From Chromatiales bacterium (GTDB lineage Bacteria > Pseudomonadota > Gammaproteobacteria > SpSt-1174): a DNA stretch of 64,000 bases. The stretch covers positions 18,877 through 82,876 of the forward strand of contig JABURS010000042.1 of assembly GCA_014762505.1 (NCBI GenBank), written 5' to 3'. The notes beneath the pieces were generated by a model. The model worked only from the letters and a program-made list of their open reading frames with translations, did no database searches and was not told where the DNA came from. Position 1 is the first letter of the stretch. Each line of letters starts with the position of its first letter. Of the stretch, positions 54,514 to 64,000 are shown in pieces. Position numbers and translations under genes: made by a program.

Positions 54514-55398
54514 TTACTGGCTGCCCTTGGCCTGGGCCATGACTTCGGCGGCGAAGTCTTCCTGTTTCTTCTCGATGCCCTCGCCCACTTCGTAGCGGAC
54601 GAACTCGACGGCCTCGGCACCGGCGCCGCTGAGCAGCTTGCCGACCGTGGTGTCCGGGTCCTTGACGAAGGGCTGGCCCACCAGGGTGATCTCGGCCAGG
54701 TACTTCTTGATGCGGCCCTCGACCATCTTCTCGACGATCTCGGCCGGCTTGCCGCTCTCCTCGGCCTGGGCGCGGATGATCTCGCGCTCCTTGTCGAGCA
54801 TTTCCTGCGGCACGCCCGTCTCGTCCAGGCAGACCGGGCGCGAGGCCGCGATGTGCATGGCGACGTCGCGGGCCAGGTCCTCGTTGCCACCCTTCAGGGC
54901 CACCAGCACGCCGATACGGGTGCCGTGCAGGTAGGAGGCCATCACGCCCCCTTCCACGTCCATGATGGCGAAGCGGCGGATCTGGATGTTCTCGCCGATC
55001 TTGGCCACCAGCTCCTGACGCACTTCCTCGACGGACTTGCGGTCCTTCAGGGCGGTGCCGTTCAGGGCGTCGACGTTGGTCGGGTTGTTCTCGAGGATGC
55101 AGGCGGCGACCTCGTCGACGAAGGCGACGAAGTTGTCGTCCTTGGCCACGAAATCGGTCTCGCAGTTCACCTCGACGATGGCGGCCTGGTTGCCGGCATC
55201 GTTCATGGCCACGGCGATCTTGCCTTCGGCGGCCACACGGCCGGCCTTCTTCACGGCCTTGGCGGCGCCCGACTTGCGCATGATCTCGATGGCCGCTTCC
55301 ATGTCGCCATTGGCTTCATTCAGGGCCTTCTTGCATTCCATCATGCCGGCGCCGGTGCGTTCGCGCAGCTCCTTGACCATCGCTGCTGTAATCTGCAT
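54514..55398 (-). CDS. tsf: Translation elongation factor Ts
   Basis: 294 aa with N-terminus [26 protein letters not shown]. Confidence 0.98.
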   Translation of the reverse strand: MQITAAMVKELRERTGAGMMECKKALNEANGDMEAAIEIMRKSGAAKAVKKAGRVAAEGKIAVAMNDAGNQAAIVEVNCETDFVAKDDNFVAFVDEVAACILENNPTNVDALNGTALKDRKSVEEVRQELVAKIGENIQIRRFAIMDVEGGVMASYLHGTRIGVLVALKGGNEDLARDVAMHIAASRPVCLDETGVPQEMLDKEREIIRAQAEESGKPAEIVEKMVEGRIKKYLAEITLVGQPFVKDPDTTVGKLLSGAGAEAVEFVRYEVGEGIEKKQEDFAAEVMAQAKGSQ

Positions 55399-55459
55399 GG
55401 CTAACTCCTAATACGTATTCAGTTCAGTGACAATCGAAGCGGGGTTAAAGAAAGAGGCC

Positions 55460-56317
55460 TTATTCGGCCTCTTCCCCTTCGTCCTTGTCAGCGGCCTTCT
55501 TCTTCGGCGCTGCCTTCTTTTTCACCGCGGCCTTCTTCTTGGGGGCCGCCTTCTTCTTCGGCGCCGCCTTCTTGGCCTCTTCGCCTTCGGCAACCTCGAC
55601 GAACTCGTCGTTGCCGGCAGCCGGCTTCTGGCGACCGGTGGCCAGACCCTCGGCCACGGCCTCGGCGGCGGAGGAGACGTAGAGCTGGATGGCGCGCATG
55701 GCGTCATCGTTGCCCGGGATCACGTAGTCCACGCCGTCGGGGCTGTTGTTGGTGTCTACCACGGCCACGACCGGGATACCCAGCTTCTTCGCCTCGTTGA
55801 TGGCGATGCGCTCGTAGCCGACGTCGATGACGAACAGCGCGTCAGGCAGGCGGCCCATGTCGGCGATGCCGCCGATGGAACGCTCGAGCTTGGCCTTTTC
55901 GCGGCGCAGCATCAGGATTTCTTTCTTGTTCAGTCGGTTCAGCGAGCCGTCCGTCTCCATGTTTTCGAGGTCCTTGAGACGACGAATGGACTGACGCACG
56001 GTCTGGAAGTTGGTCAGCATGCCGCCCAGCCAACGGTGGTTGACGTACGGCATCTTGCAGCGCTCGGCCTCTTCCTTGATGGTGTCACGCGCGGAACGCT
56101 TGGTACCCACGAACATGATCTTGCCACCGTTGGAGGCAAGCTTGCCCAGGTAGTTCATCGCATCGTTGAAGAGCGGGAGGGTCTTCTCGAGGTTGACGAT
56201 ATGGATCTTGTTACGCTCGCCGAAGATATAAGGGGCCATCTTCGGGTTCCAGTAACGGGTCTGATGACCAAAGTGCACGCCAGCCTCAAGCATCTGGCGC
56301 ATGGTAATACCAGCCAT
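55460..56317 (-). CDS. rpsB: 30S ribosomal protein S2 with a Lys/Ala/Pro-rich C-terminal extension
   Basis: ATG 56315-56317 lies after AAGGAG, within ORF 55460..56389. The S2 core ([19 protein letters not shown]...) is followed by [38 protein letters not shown]. Confidence 0.97.
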   Translation of the reverse strand: MAGITMRQMLEAGVHFGHQTRYWNPKMAPYIFGERNKIHIVNLEKTLPLFNDAMNYLGKLASNGGKIMFVGTKRSARDTIKEEAERCKMPYVNHRWLGGMLTNFQTVRQSIRRLKDLENMETDGSLNRLNKKEILMLRREKAKLERSIGGIADMGRLPDALFVIDVGYERIAINEAKKLGIPVVAVVDTNNSPDGVDYVIPGNDDAMRAIQLYVSSAAEAVAEGLATGRQKPAAGNDEFVEVAEGEEAKKAAPKKKAAPKKKAAVKKKAAPKKKAADKDEGEEAE

Positions 56318-56469
56318 GAATAACTCCTTGACGGGTTGGGCCTCCATACGTCCCATACGACAACCCCTTCGCGGGGCACCCAGTCGCACGTGTCGACGTA
56401 TGTGTGGGATTAATTTCAGGGTTTGCGCCGAAGCGCGGGCGCTTTATACCACAAATCCCGCATAGACAA
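56318..56469 (-). promoter_or_regulatory. Putative rpsB promoter (TTGTCT-N15-TATAAA) and structured 5' leader
   Basis: On the minus strand the -10 TATAAA lies at 56443-56448 and the -35-like TTGTCT at 56464-56469. The ~125-nt leader contains GC hairpins (GCGCC...GGCGC; CCCCgcgaaGGGG). This rests on a motif match plus the known S2 autoregulation of the rpsB-tsf leader in E. coli. Confidence 0.35.
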
Positions 56470-56575
56470 CAGCTTGGGCGTGTTTTTTTGACCTTTTCCC
56501 CGCCCCCTGCCACTCTATGCGGCTACGGGCGCGCCCGCGCCGAAGCCCCTACTGAGAGCACGGATTTACCGACCC

Positions 56576-57361
56576 ATGTCCGCGACCATCAAGACCCCGG
56601 AAGAAATCGAGAAGATGCGCGTCGCCGGCCGCCTGGCCGCCGAGGTGCTGGAGATGATCGGCCCGCACGTGCAGCCCGGCATCACCACCGACGAGCTGGA
56701 CCGCATCTGCCACGACTACATCGTCAACGAACAGCAGGCCATCCCCGCCCCGCTCAACTACCGCGGCTTCCCGAAGTCCATCTGCACCTCGGTCAACCAC
56801 GTGATCTGCCACGGCATCCCGGGCAACAAGACCTTGAAGAACGGCGACATCGTCAACATCGATGTCACCGTCATCAAGGACGGCTACCACGGCGACACCA
56901 GCAAGATGTTCTTCGTCGGCAAGCCCACGGTGCAGGGCCGGCGCATCGTCGAGATCGCCCACAAGTCGCTGTGGATCGGCATCGACATGGTGAAGCCCGG
57001 CGTGCGCCTGGGCGACATCGGCCACGCCATCCAGACCTATGCCGAGGGCCAGCATGCCGCCATCGTGCGCGAGTACTGCGGCCACGGCATCGGCCGCGAG
57101 TTCCACGAGGAGCCCCAGGTCCTGCACTACGGCAGGCCCGGCACCGGCATGGTGCTCGAGCCCGGCATGACCTTCACCATCGAGCCCATGGTCAACGCCG
57201 GCAAGCGCCACACCAAGCTGCTGCCCGACGGCTGGACCGTGGTCACCAAGGACCACAGCCTGTCGGCCCAGTGGGAGCACACCATCCTCGTCACCGCGGA
57301 CGGCCACGAGGTGCTGACCCTGCGCAACGAGGAGCGCGACGAGGCCCGCGCCACGGCATGA
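56576..57361 (+). CDS. map: Type I methionine aminopeptidase
   Basis: 261 aa with MetAP metal-ligand contexts (DIVNIDVT, GHGIG, FTIEP, WEHT). Confidence 0.97.
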   Translation: MSATIKTPEEIEKMRVAGRLAAEVLEMIGPHVQPGITTDELDRICHDYIVNEQQAIPAPLNYRGFPKSICTSVNHVICHGIPGNKTLKNGDIVNIDVTVIKDGYHGDTSKMFFVGKPTVQGRRIVEIAHKSLWIGIDMVKPGVRLGDIGHAIQTYAEGQHAAIVREYCGHGIGREFHEEPQVLHYGRPGTGMVLEPGMTFTIEPMVNAGKRHTKLLPDGWTVVTKDHSLSAQWEHTILVTADGHEVLTLRNEERDEARATA

Positions 57362-60021
57362 ATCCCGCCATCCCGCTGCCGGGTTTTCTCGAATCCGTCA
57401 TCGCCCCGGGCGAGGCCCCGGCCACACCCCCCGCGGCCCGGCCCTCGGTGCAGGAATTCCACTCGCGCATCAAGGCCCTGGAGGCCCGGCTGTTCGAGGC
57501 CCGCGACGCCGGCGTGCCGGTGGTCGAGCTCGTCACCGGCCGCGCCGCGGCCATCGACCGCCTGCTGATCCAGGCCTGGGACCGCTTCGGCATCGCCCCC
57601 GACGACGCCGCGCTGGTGGCCGTGGGCGGCTACGGTCGCGGCGAGCTGCACCCGGGCTCCGACATCGACCTCCTGCTGCTGCTCAACGCGCCCCCCGCCG
57701 CGGAAGAGGAGGAACGCCTGAGCGCCTTCGTCACCTTCCTCTGGGACATCGGCCTGCACGTGGGCCACAGCGTGCGCACCCTGGACGAATGCGTGACCGA
57801 GGCGGCCGCCGACATCACGGTGATGACCAACCTCATCGAGTCGCGCCCCCTGGCCGGCAGCCGCCGCCTCTACCAGCGCCTGGTGAACGACATCGGCCCT
57901 GACCGCATCTGGCCCAGCCCCGCCTACTTCCAGGCCAAGCTCGACGAGCAGGTGGACCGCCACCGCAAGTACGGCGACACCGCCTACAAGGTGGAACCCA
58001 ACCTCAAGGAGAGCCCCGGGGGCCTGCGCGACATCCAGATGATCGGCTGGGTCACACGCCGCCACTTCGGCACCGGCGCCCTGCACGAGCTGGTGCAGCA
58101 CCGCTTCCTCAACGAGACCGAGTACCAGGCGCTGATCGACGGCCAGGACTTCCTCTGGGAGGTGCGCTTCAGCCTGCACCAGCTGGCCGGGCGCAAGGAG
58201 GACCGCCTGCTGTTCGACTACCAGCGCGAGCTCGCCCGCCGCTTCGGCTACACGGACCAGAACCAGAACCTCGCCGTGGAGCAGTTCATGCAGCGCTACT
58301 ACCGCACGGTGATGGAGCTCGAGCGACTGAACGAGATCCTGCTGCAGTACTTCCAGGAGACCATCCTGCTGGCCGAGGAGAGCGGCGAGGCGGTCATCCT
58401 CACCCGTCGCTTCCAGTCGCGGCGCGGCTTTCTCGAGGCACGCGACAACCAGATCTTCCTGCGCTACCCGCCCGCCCTGCTGGAGGTGTTCCTCGTCCTG
58501 CAGCAGCACCCCGAGCTCAAGGGCGTGCGCGCCTCCACCATCCGCCTGATCCGTAGCCACCTGCACCTGATCGACGACAGCTTTCGCGACAACCTCGTCT
58601 GCCGCAGCCTGTTCATGGAGATCCTGCGCCAGGGCAGCGGCATCACCCGACAGCTGCGGCGCATGAACCGCTACGGCGTGCTCGCCGCCTACCTGCCGAT
58701 CTTCGAGAACATCGTCGGGCGCATGCAGTACGACCTGTACCACGCCTACACGGTGGACGAACACACACTCATGGTGCTGCGCAACATCCGCCGCCTGAGC
58801 GTGCCCGAGCACTCCGGCGAGCTGCCCCTGGCCAGCGGGATCTTCGCCACCCTGCCCAAGCCCGAGCTGCTCTACCTGGCCGGCCTGTTCCACGACATCG
58901 CCAAGGGCCGCGGCGGCGACCACTCCGAGCTCGGCGCGGCGGACGCCTACGCCTTCTGCCGGCGCCACGGCCTGGGCGAGCAGGACGCCGAGCTCGTCAG
59001 CTGGCTGGTGCGCAACCACCTGGTCATGTCCATGACCGCCCAGCGCAAGGACATCAGCAGCCCCGAGGTCATCCACGAGTTCGCCACCCTGGTGGGCAAC
59101 AAGACGCGCCTGGACTACCTGCTCCTGCTAACGGTCTCGGACATGCGCGGCACCAACCCCGAGCTGTGGAACTCCTGGAAGGACTCCCTGCTCACCGAGC
59201 TCTACCACTCCACCGTGCGCGTGCTCGGCCGCGGCCTGGACAAGCCCATCGAGCGCACCGAGCTGGTGGACGAGGTGCGCCACGAGGCCGCCGGGCTGCT
59301 GGCCGGGGCCGGACTGGAGACCGCCCGCATCGAGGCCATCTGGAACGACCTCGACGAGGACTACTTCCTGCGCCACACCGGCGCCGAGGTCGCCTGGCAC
59401 ACCCAGGCCATCGCCGAGACCGGCCAGACCGACCGGCCCCGCGTGGTGCTGCGCCAGATCGAGGAACTCGGCAGCACCGAGATCTTCCTCTTCAGCAAGG
59501 ACTACCCACAGCTCTTCGCCCTCACCACCGCCGCACTGGACCAGCTCGGGCTCAACATCGTCGACGCCCGCTTCAACCTCACCCACAGCGGCTGCTCGCT
59601 CTACACCTTCCTGGTGCTCGAGGCCGACGGCAAGCCCATCACCAACGGCTACCGCCTGCAGGAGATCGAGACCGTGCTCAACGAGCTGCTGGCCACCCCG
59701 CAGCAGCTGCCGCCCGTGCAGCCCCGGCGCATGCCGCGCAAGCTCAAGCACTTCGACGTGCCCACCCGGATCGACTTCCACCAGGACCCGGACGAACGCT
59801 GGACCATCATGGAACTCTCCACTGCCGACCGCCCCGGCCTGCTCGCCCGCGTCAGCCGCGCCCTCATCGACAGCGGCATCAAGGTCCAGGGCGCCCGCAT
59901 CGCCACCGTCAGCGAGACTGCCGACGACGTCTTCTACGTCACCGACATGCAGCACCGCCCCATCCTCTCCGCCGAACGCCAGCAACGCGTACGCGAGGCC
60001 ATCGAGGCGGAGCTGGGGTGA
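57358..60021 (+). CDS. glnD: Bifunctional [protein-PII] uridylyltransferase / uridylyl-removing enzyme
   Basis: ATG 57358 overlaps the map stop (ATGA), giving 887 aa. Features are the nucleotidyltransferase motif GGYGRGELHPGSDIDLL, an HD domain and two C-terminal ACT-like domains. The N-terminal part of track ORF 56404..60021 is spurious. Confidence 0.95.
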   Translation: MNPAIPLPGFLESVIAPGEAPATPPAARPSVQEFHSRIKALEARLFEARDAGVPVVELVTGRAAAIDRLLIQAWDRFGIAPDDAALVAVGGYGRGELHPGSDIDLLLLLNAPPAAEEEERLSAFVTFLWDIGLHVGHSVRTLDECVTEAAADITVMTNLIESRPLAGSRRLYQRLVNDIGPDRIWPSPAYFQAKLDEQVDRHRKYGDTAYKVEPNLKESPGGLRDIQMIGWVTRRHFGTGALHELVQHRFLNETEYQALIDGQDFLWEVRFSLHQLAGRKEDRLLFDYQRELARRFGYTDQNQNLAVEQFMQRYYRTVMELERLNEILLQYFQETILLAEESGEAVILTRRFQSRRGFLEARDNQIFLRYPPALLEVFLVLQQHPELKGVRASTIRLIRSHLHLIDDSFRDNLVCRSLFMEILRQGSGITRQLRRMNRYGVLAAYLPIFENIVGRMQYDLYHAYTVDEHTLMVLRNIRRLSVPEHSGELPLASGIFATLPKPELLYLAGLFHDIAKGRGGDHSELGAADAYAFCRRHGLGEQDAELVSWLVRNHLVMSMTAQRKDISSPEVIHEFATLVGNKTRLDYLLLLTVSDMRGTNPELWNSWKDSLLTELYHSTVRVLGRGLDKPIERTELVDEVRHEAAGLLAGAGLETARIEAIWNDLDEDYFLRHTGAEVAWHTQAIAETGQTDRPRVVLRQIEELGSTEIFLFSKDYPQLFALTTAALDQLGLNIVDARFNLTHSGCSLYTFLVLEADGKPITNGYRLQEIETVLNELLATPQQLPPVQPRRMPRKLKHFDVPTRIDFHQDPDERWTIMELSTADRPGLLARVSRALIDSGIKVQGARIATVSETADDVFYVTDMQHRPILSAERQQRVREAIEAELG

Positions 60022-60054
60022 AAGTCGCGAGTCGAAGGATGTGATTCCTATGGC

Positions 60055-60232
60055 AGCCCATAGGGCGGGCCATCCCCGCCATCACGCCCCCAACCTCTGA
60101 GCCATACCGATACCGATCGCGCCTTGCGGCGCTCCTACCAAACCCGCGGTTTACCTGTAGGAGCGGTGCAAGCCGCGATGCCCATGCGGAACGGCGGGAC
60201 CGAACCCCATCGTGGCTCGCACCGCTCCTACA
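60055..60232. repeat. Cluster of REP-like imperfect palindromes (three ~25-nt ...GAGCGGTGC(A/G)AGCC(G/A)CGATG units in alternating orientation) plus a GGCGGGC-cat-CCCCGCC hairpin
   Basis: The units lie at 60115-60139, 60156-60180 and 60208-60232. Units 2 and 3 form a 25-nt-arm inverted repeat with 2 mismatches. The ...CCGCTCCTACA ends resemble the Pseudomonas putida REP consensus as remembered. Confidence 0.7.
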
Positions 60233-60244
60233 AACCCAAAACGC

Positions 60245-60270
60245 AAAAAGGCCCCAACCGGGGCCTTTTC
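60245..60270. terminator. Bidirectional rho-independent terminator between glnD and icd
   Basis: AAAAGGCCCC-aacc-GGGGCCTTTT has a 10-bp stem. T-runs follow on both strands, and on the minus strand the following sequence is TTTTTGCGTTTT. Confidence 0.85.
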
Positions 60271-60296
60271 TGCTTCTTCGATGAGACGCGATCGCC

Positions 60297-62570
<2,274 letters not shown>

Positions 62571-62597
62571 TTATACCAAAGGATAGCCGCCATTCGG

Positions 62598-62705
62598 CGG
62601 CCACAGGGCGGGCCATGCCCGCCAGCGCGATGCCCATGCCGGACAAAGCCACCACCCCTGATCGCGCCTCGCACCCAGAGGGCATAAACGGCGCTCCTAC
62701 ACCTG
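62598..62705. repeat. Second, diverged copy of the composite REP-containing element seen at 60055-60140
   Basis: It shares, in the same order and orientation, CA(N)AGGGCGGGCCAT(G/C)CCCGCCA, GCC(A/C)CCA(A)CC(T)CTGA, GATCGCGCCT and GGCGCTCCTAC(A/C). It also shares GCGATGCCCATGC with 60175-60187. Confidence 0.6.
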
Positions 62706-62717
62706 ACGCCTATCCGC

Positions 62718-63197
62718 TCACTCCTCACGTCGCCCCGGCTCGCCGAACCCGAACTCCCCGGTGGATTCGAAGCCCACCGGCACCGCCACGTCCTCCAGCG
62801 ACACCCTTCCATGCAGGCGGTAGGCAATGCCCTCCGGCGCCGTGCTCCGGTCGCGCAGCTGCCGGGCCAGCGACCAGAGGCTGGACGACACCTCCACCTC
62901 CGTCACCGCCTCGCCAAAACCCGGCACCTCCAGGGCCTGACTGGAGACCCCCTCGGCAAAGCGCTCGCCGTTCACGTCCACCCGGAAATCCAGGCCGCGG
63001 ATGTTCAGCGCGAAGTCGTTGGGATTCTGGATACGCAGCCTGAGCCGGTAACGCTGCTCGAACACATCCACCTGCGTGAGCTGCAGGCCCACCAGGTGCA
63101 CGCGCGGCGGCTCGGTGCCGGACGGCAGATAGGCACAACCGGACAGGGACACGAGGACGAGCAACAGCAGGACAGGAAAGAACGATCTGGCAGGCAT
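62718..63197 (-). CDS. LEA_2 (late-embryogenesis-abundant type 2 / WHy-like) domain lipoprotein
   Basis: 159 aa with lipobox LVSLSGCA. The beta-rich sequence (RLRLRIQNPNDFALNIRGLDFRVDVNGERFAEG) is typical of bacterial LEA_2 lipoproteins. Confidence 0.7.
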   Translation of the reverse strand: MPARSFFPVLLLLVLVSLSGCAYLPSGTEPPRVHLVGLQLTQVDVFEQRYRLRLRIQNPNDFALNIRGLDFRVDVNGERFAEGVSSQALEVPGFGEAVTEVEVSSSLWSLARQLRDRSTAPEGIAYRLHGRVSLEDVAVPVGFESTGEFGFGEPGRREE

Positions 63198-63439
63198 TGG
63201 TACAGACCCCCACGAGAGGAATGAATCGTCGAACGCTCAGGCTGCACAGTAAGCCAGGTTGCGGTGAATTAACACGACGTCCGTCACTGCGCCGCCTGCT
63301 GAAGAGAGAATAGCCTCGTCATCACCGCGCCGGTCGCGATCACCATCGCGCGCACCACCGCCACCGGCAGATGACGGGCAACCCGCGCCACCACCACCCC
63401 ATCCCGGTACAATGCCCTCCAAAAATCACGGAGCCGGGC

Positions 63440-64000
63440 ATGTATCACAAGAGCAAGATCGAGAGCCTGTACGACCTGGTGACGGGCGATGAGGATTCGC
63501 GCGTCTGCAAGGACATCCCCGATGCGGCCTGCAACGATCAGCCGCGCAATTTCTTTGCCTATCTCACGGCCAACGTGCTGAACAAGATCGCGGACGAGAT
63601 CGCGAGCGCGAAGCTGGTGCTGCCGTGGCTCTTGGGCGTGCTGGGGGTGCCGGCGGCGTTTACGGGCTTTCTGGTGCCGATCCGCGAGGCGGGCGTGCTG
63701 CTGCCGCAGCTGGTGGTGGCGGCCTATATCCGCCACGTGGCGGTGCGCAAGTGGGTGTGGGTGCTGGGCGCGGGGCTCTCGGCTCTGGCGCTGGTGGCGA
63801 TGGGGCTGACGGCGCTCTCGCTGGATGGGGCGGCGGCGGGCTGGGCGATCATCGGCGCACTGGTGGTGTTCAGCCTGGCGCGGGGGATCTGCTCGGTGTC
63901 AGCCAAGGACGTGCTGGGCAAGACGGTGTCCAAGAGCCGGCGCGGCAACCTGATGGGGCTGGCCACGGGTACGGCGGGCCTCGCGACCCTGGGCGTGGGC
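63440..64000 (+). CDS. MFS-type transporter, N-terminal fragment (3' end outside window)
   Basis: ATG 63440 lies 8 nt after GGAG and the frame is open to the window end, so it is absent from the ORF track. The N-terminus MYHKSKIESLYDLVTGDEDSRVCKDIPDAACNDQPRNFF is followed by hydrophobic helices and fits an MFS subfamily I recall with this Cys-containing N-terminal motif. Confidence 0.6.
   Translation, partial: MYHKSKIESLYDLVTGDEDSRVCKDIPDAACNDQPRNFFAYLTANVLNKIADEIASAKLVLPWLLGVLGVPAAFTGFLVPIREAGVLLPQLVVAAYIRHVAVRKWVWVLGAGLSALALVAMGLTALSLDGAAAGWAIIGALVVFSLARGICSVSAKDVLGKTVSKSRRGNLMGLATGTAGLATLGVG

Overview
This is a chromosomal window from a high-GC gammaproteobacterium (roughly two-thirds G+C by eye). 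It is almost entirely core housekeeping genes: about 60 CDS with very short spacers. The gene order reproduces conserved Pseudomonas/E. coli blocks (reference orders are from memory). The blocks are: rarA-lolA-ftsK ... trxB ... aat; alaC-hom-thrC; truD ... surE-pcm-(VTT membrane gene)-nlpD-rpoS; DUF4197-mrcB-lpoP-like-dinG/yoaA-tsaB; map-glnD divergent from rpsB-tsf-pyrH-frr-uppS-cdsA-dxr-rseP-bamA-skp-fabZ-rnhB-(orphan)-dnaE-accA-tilS; and a monomeric icd. I found no rRNA, tRNA, CRISPR array, transposase, integrase, phage gene or recognisable defence/toxin gene, and no clear-cut new multi-gene system. The very long extra ORFs in the six-frame track are antisense high-GC artefacts. The most interesting departures from the expected layout are these. 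(1) A FemAB-like (DUF482) GNAT gene and a zero-spacer 86-aa orphan sit between trxB and aat, so two aminoacyl-tRNA-transferase-fold enzymes flank an unknown small protein. (2) A membrane M48-like protein carries REVGY where HExxH should be, making it a predicted pseudo-protease. (3) lpxD, lpxA and lpxB are absent from their canonical slots around fabZ. (4) REP-like palindromes and two diverged direct copies of a ~100-bp composite element bracket icd. (5) ThrC has a Cys-rich insertion, ribosomal protein S2 has a (KKKAAP)n tail, and a degenerate-GGDEF/intact-EAL sensor is translationally coupled to an 89-aa orphan. Several genes appear to use non-ATG starts: ftsK TTG, hom TTG, fabZ GTG, rnhB GTG, dxr GTG, dinG-like GTG. 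All functional calls come from reading the translations and from remembered family motifs, because no database search was possible.
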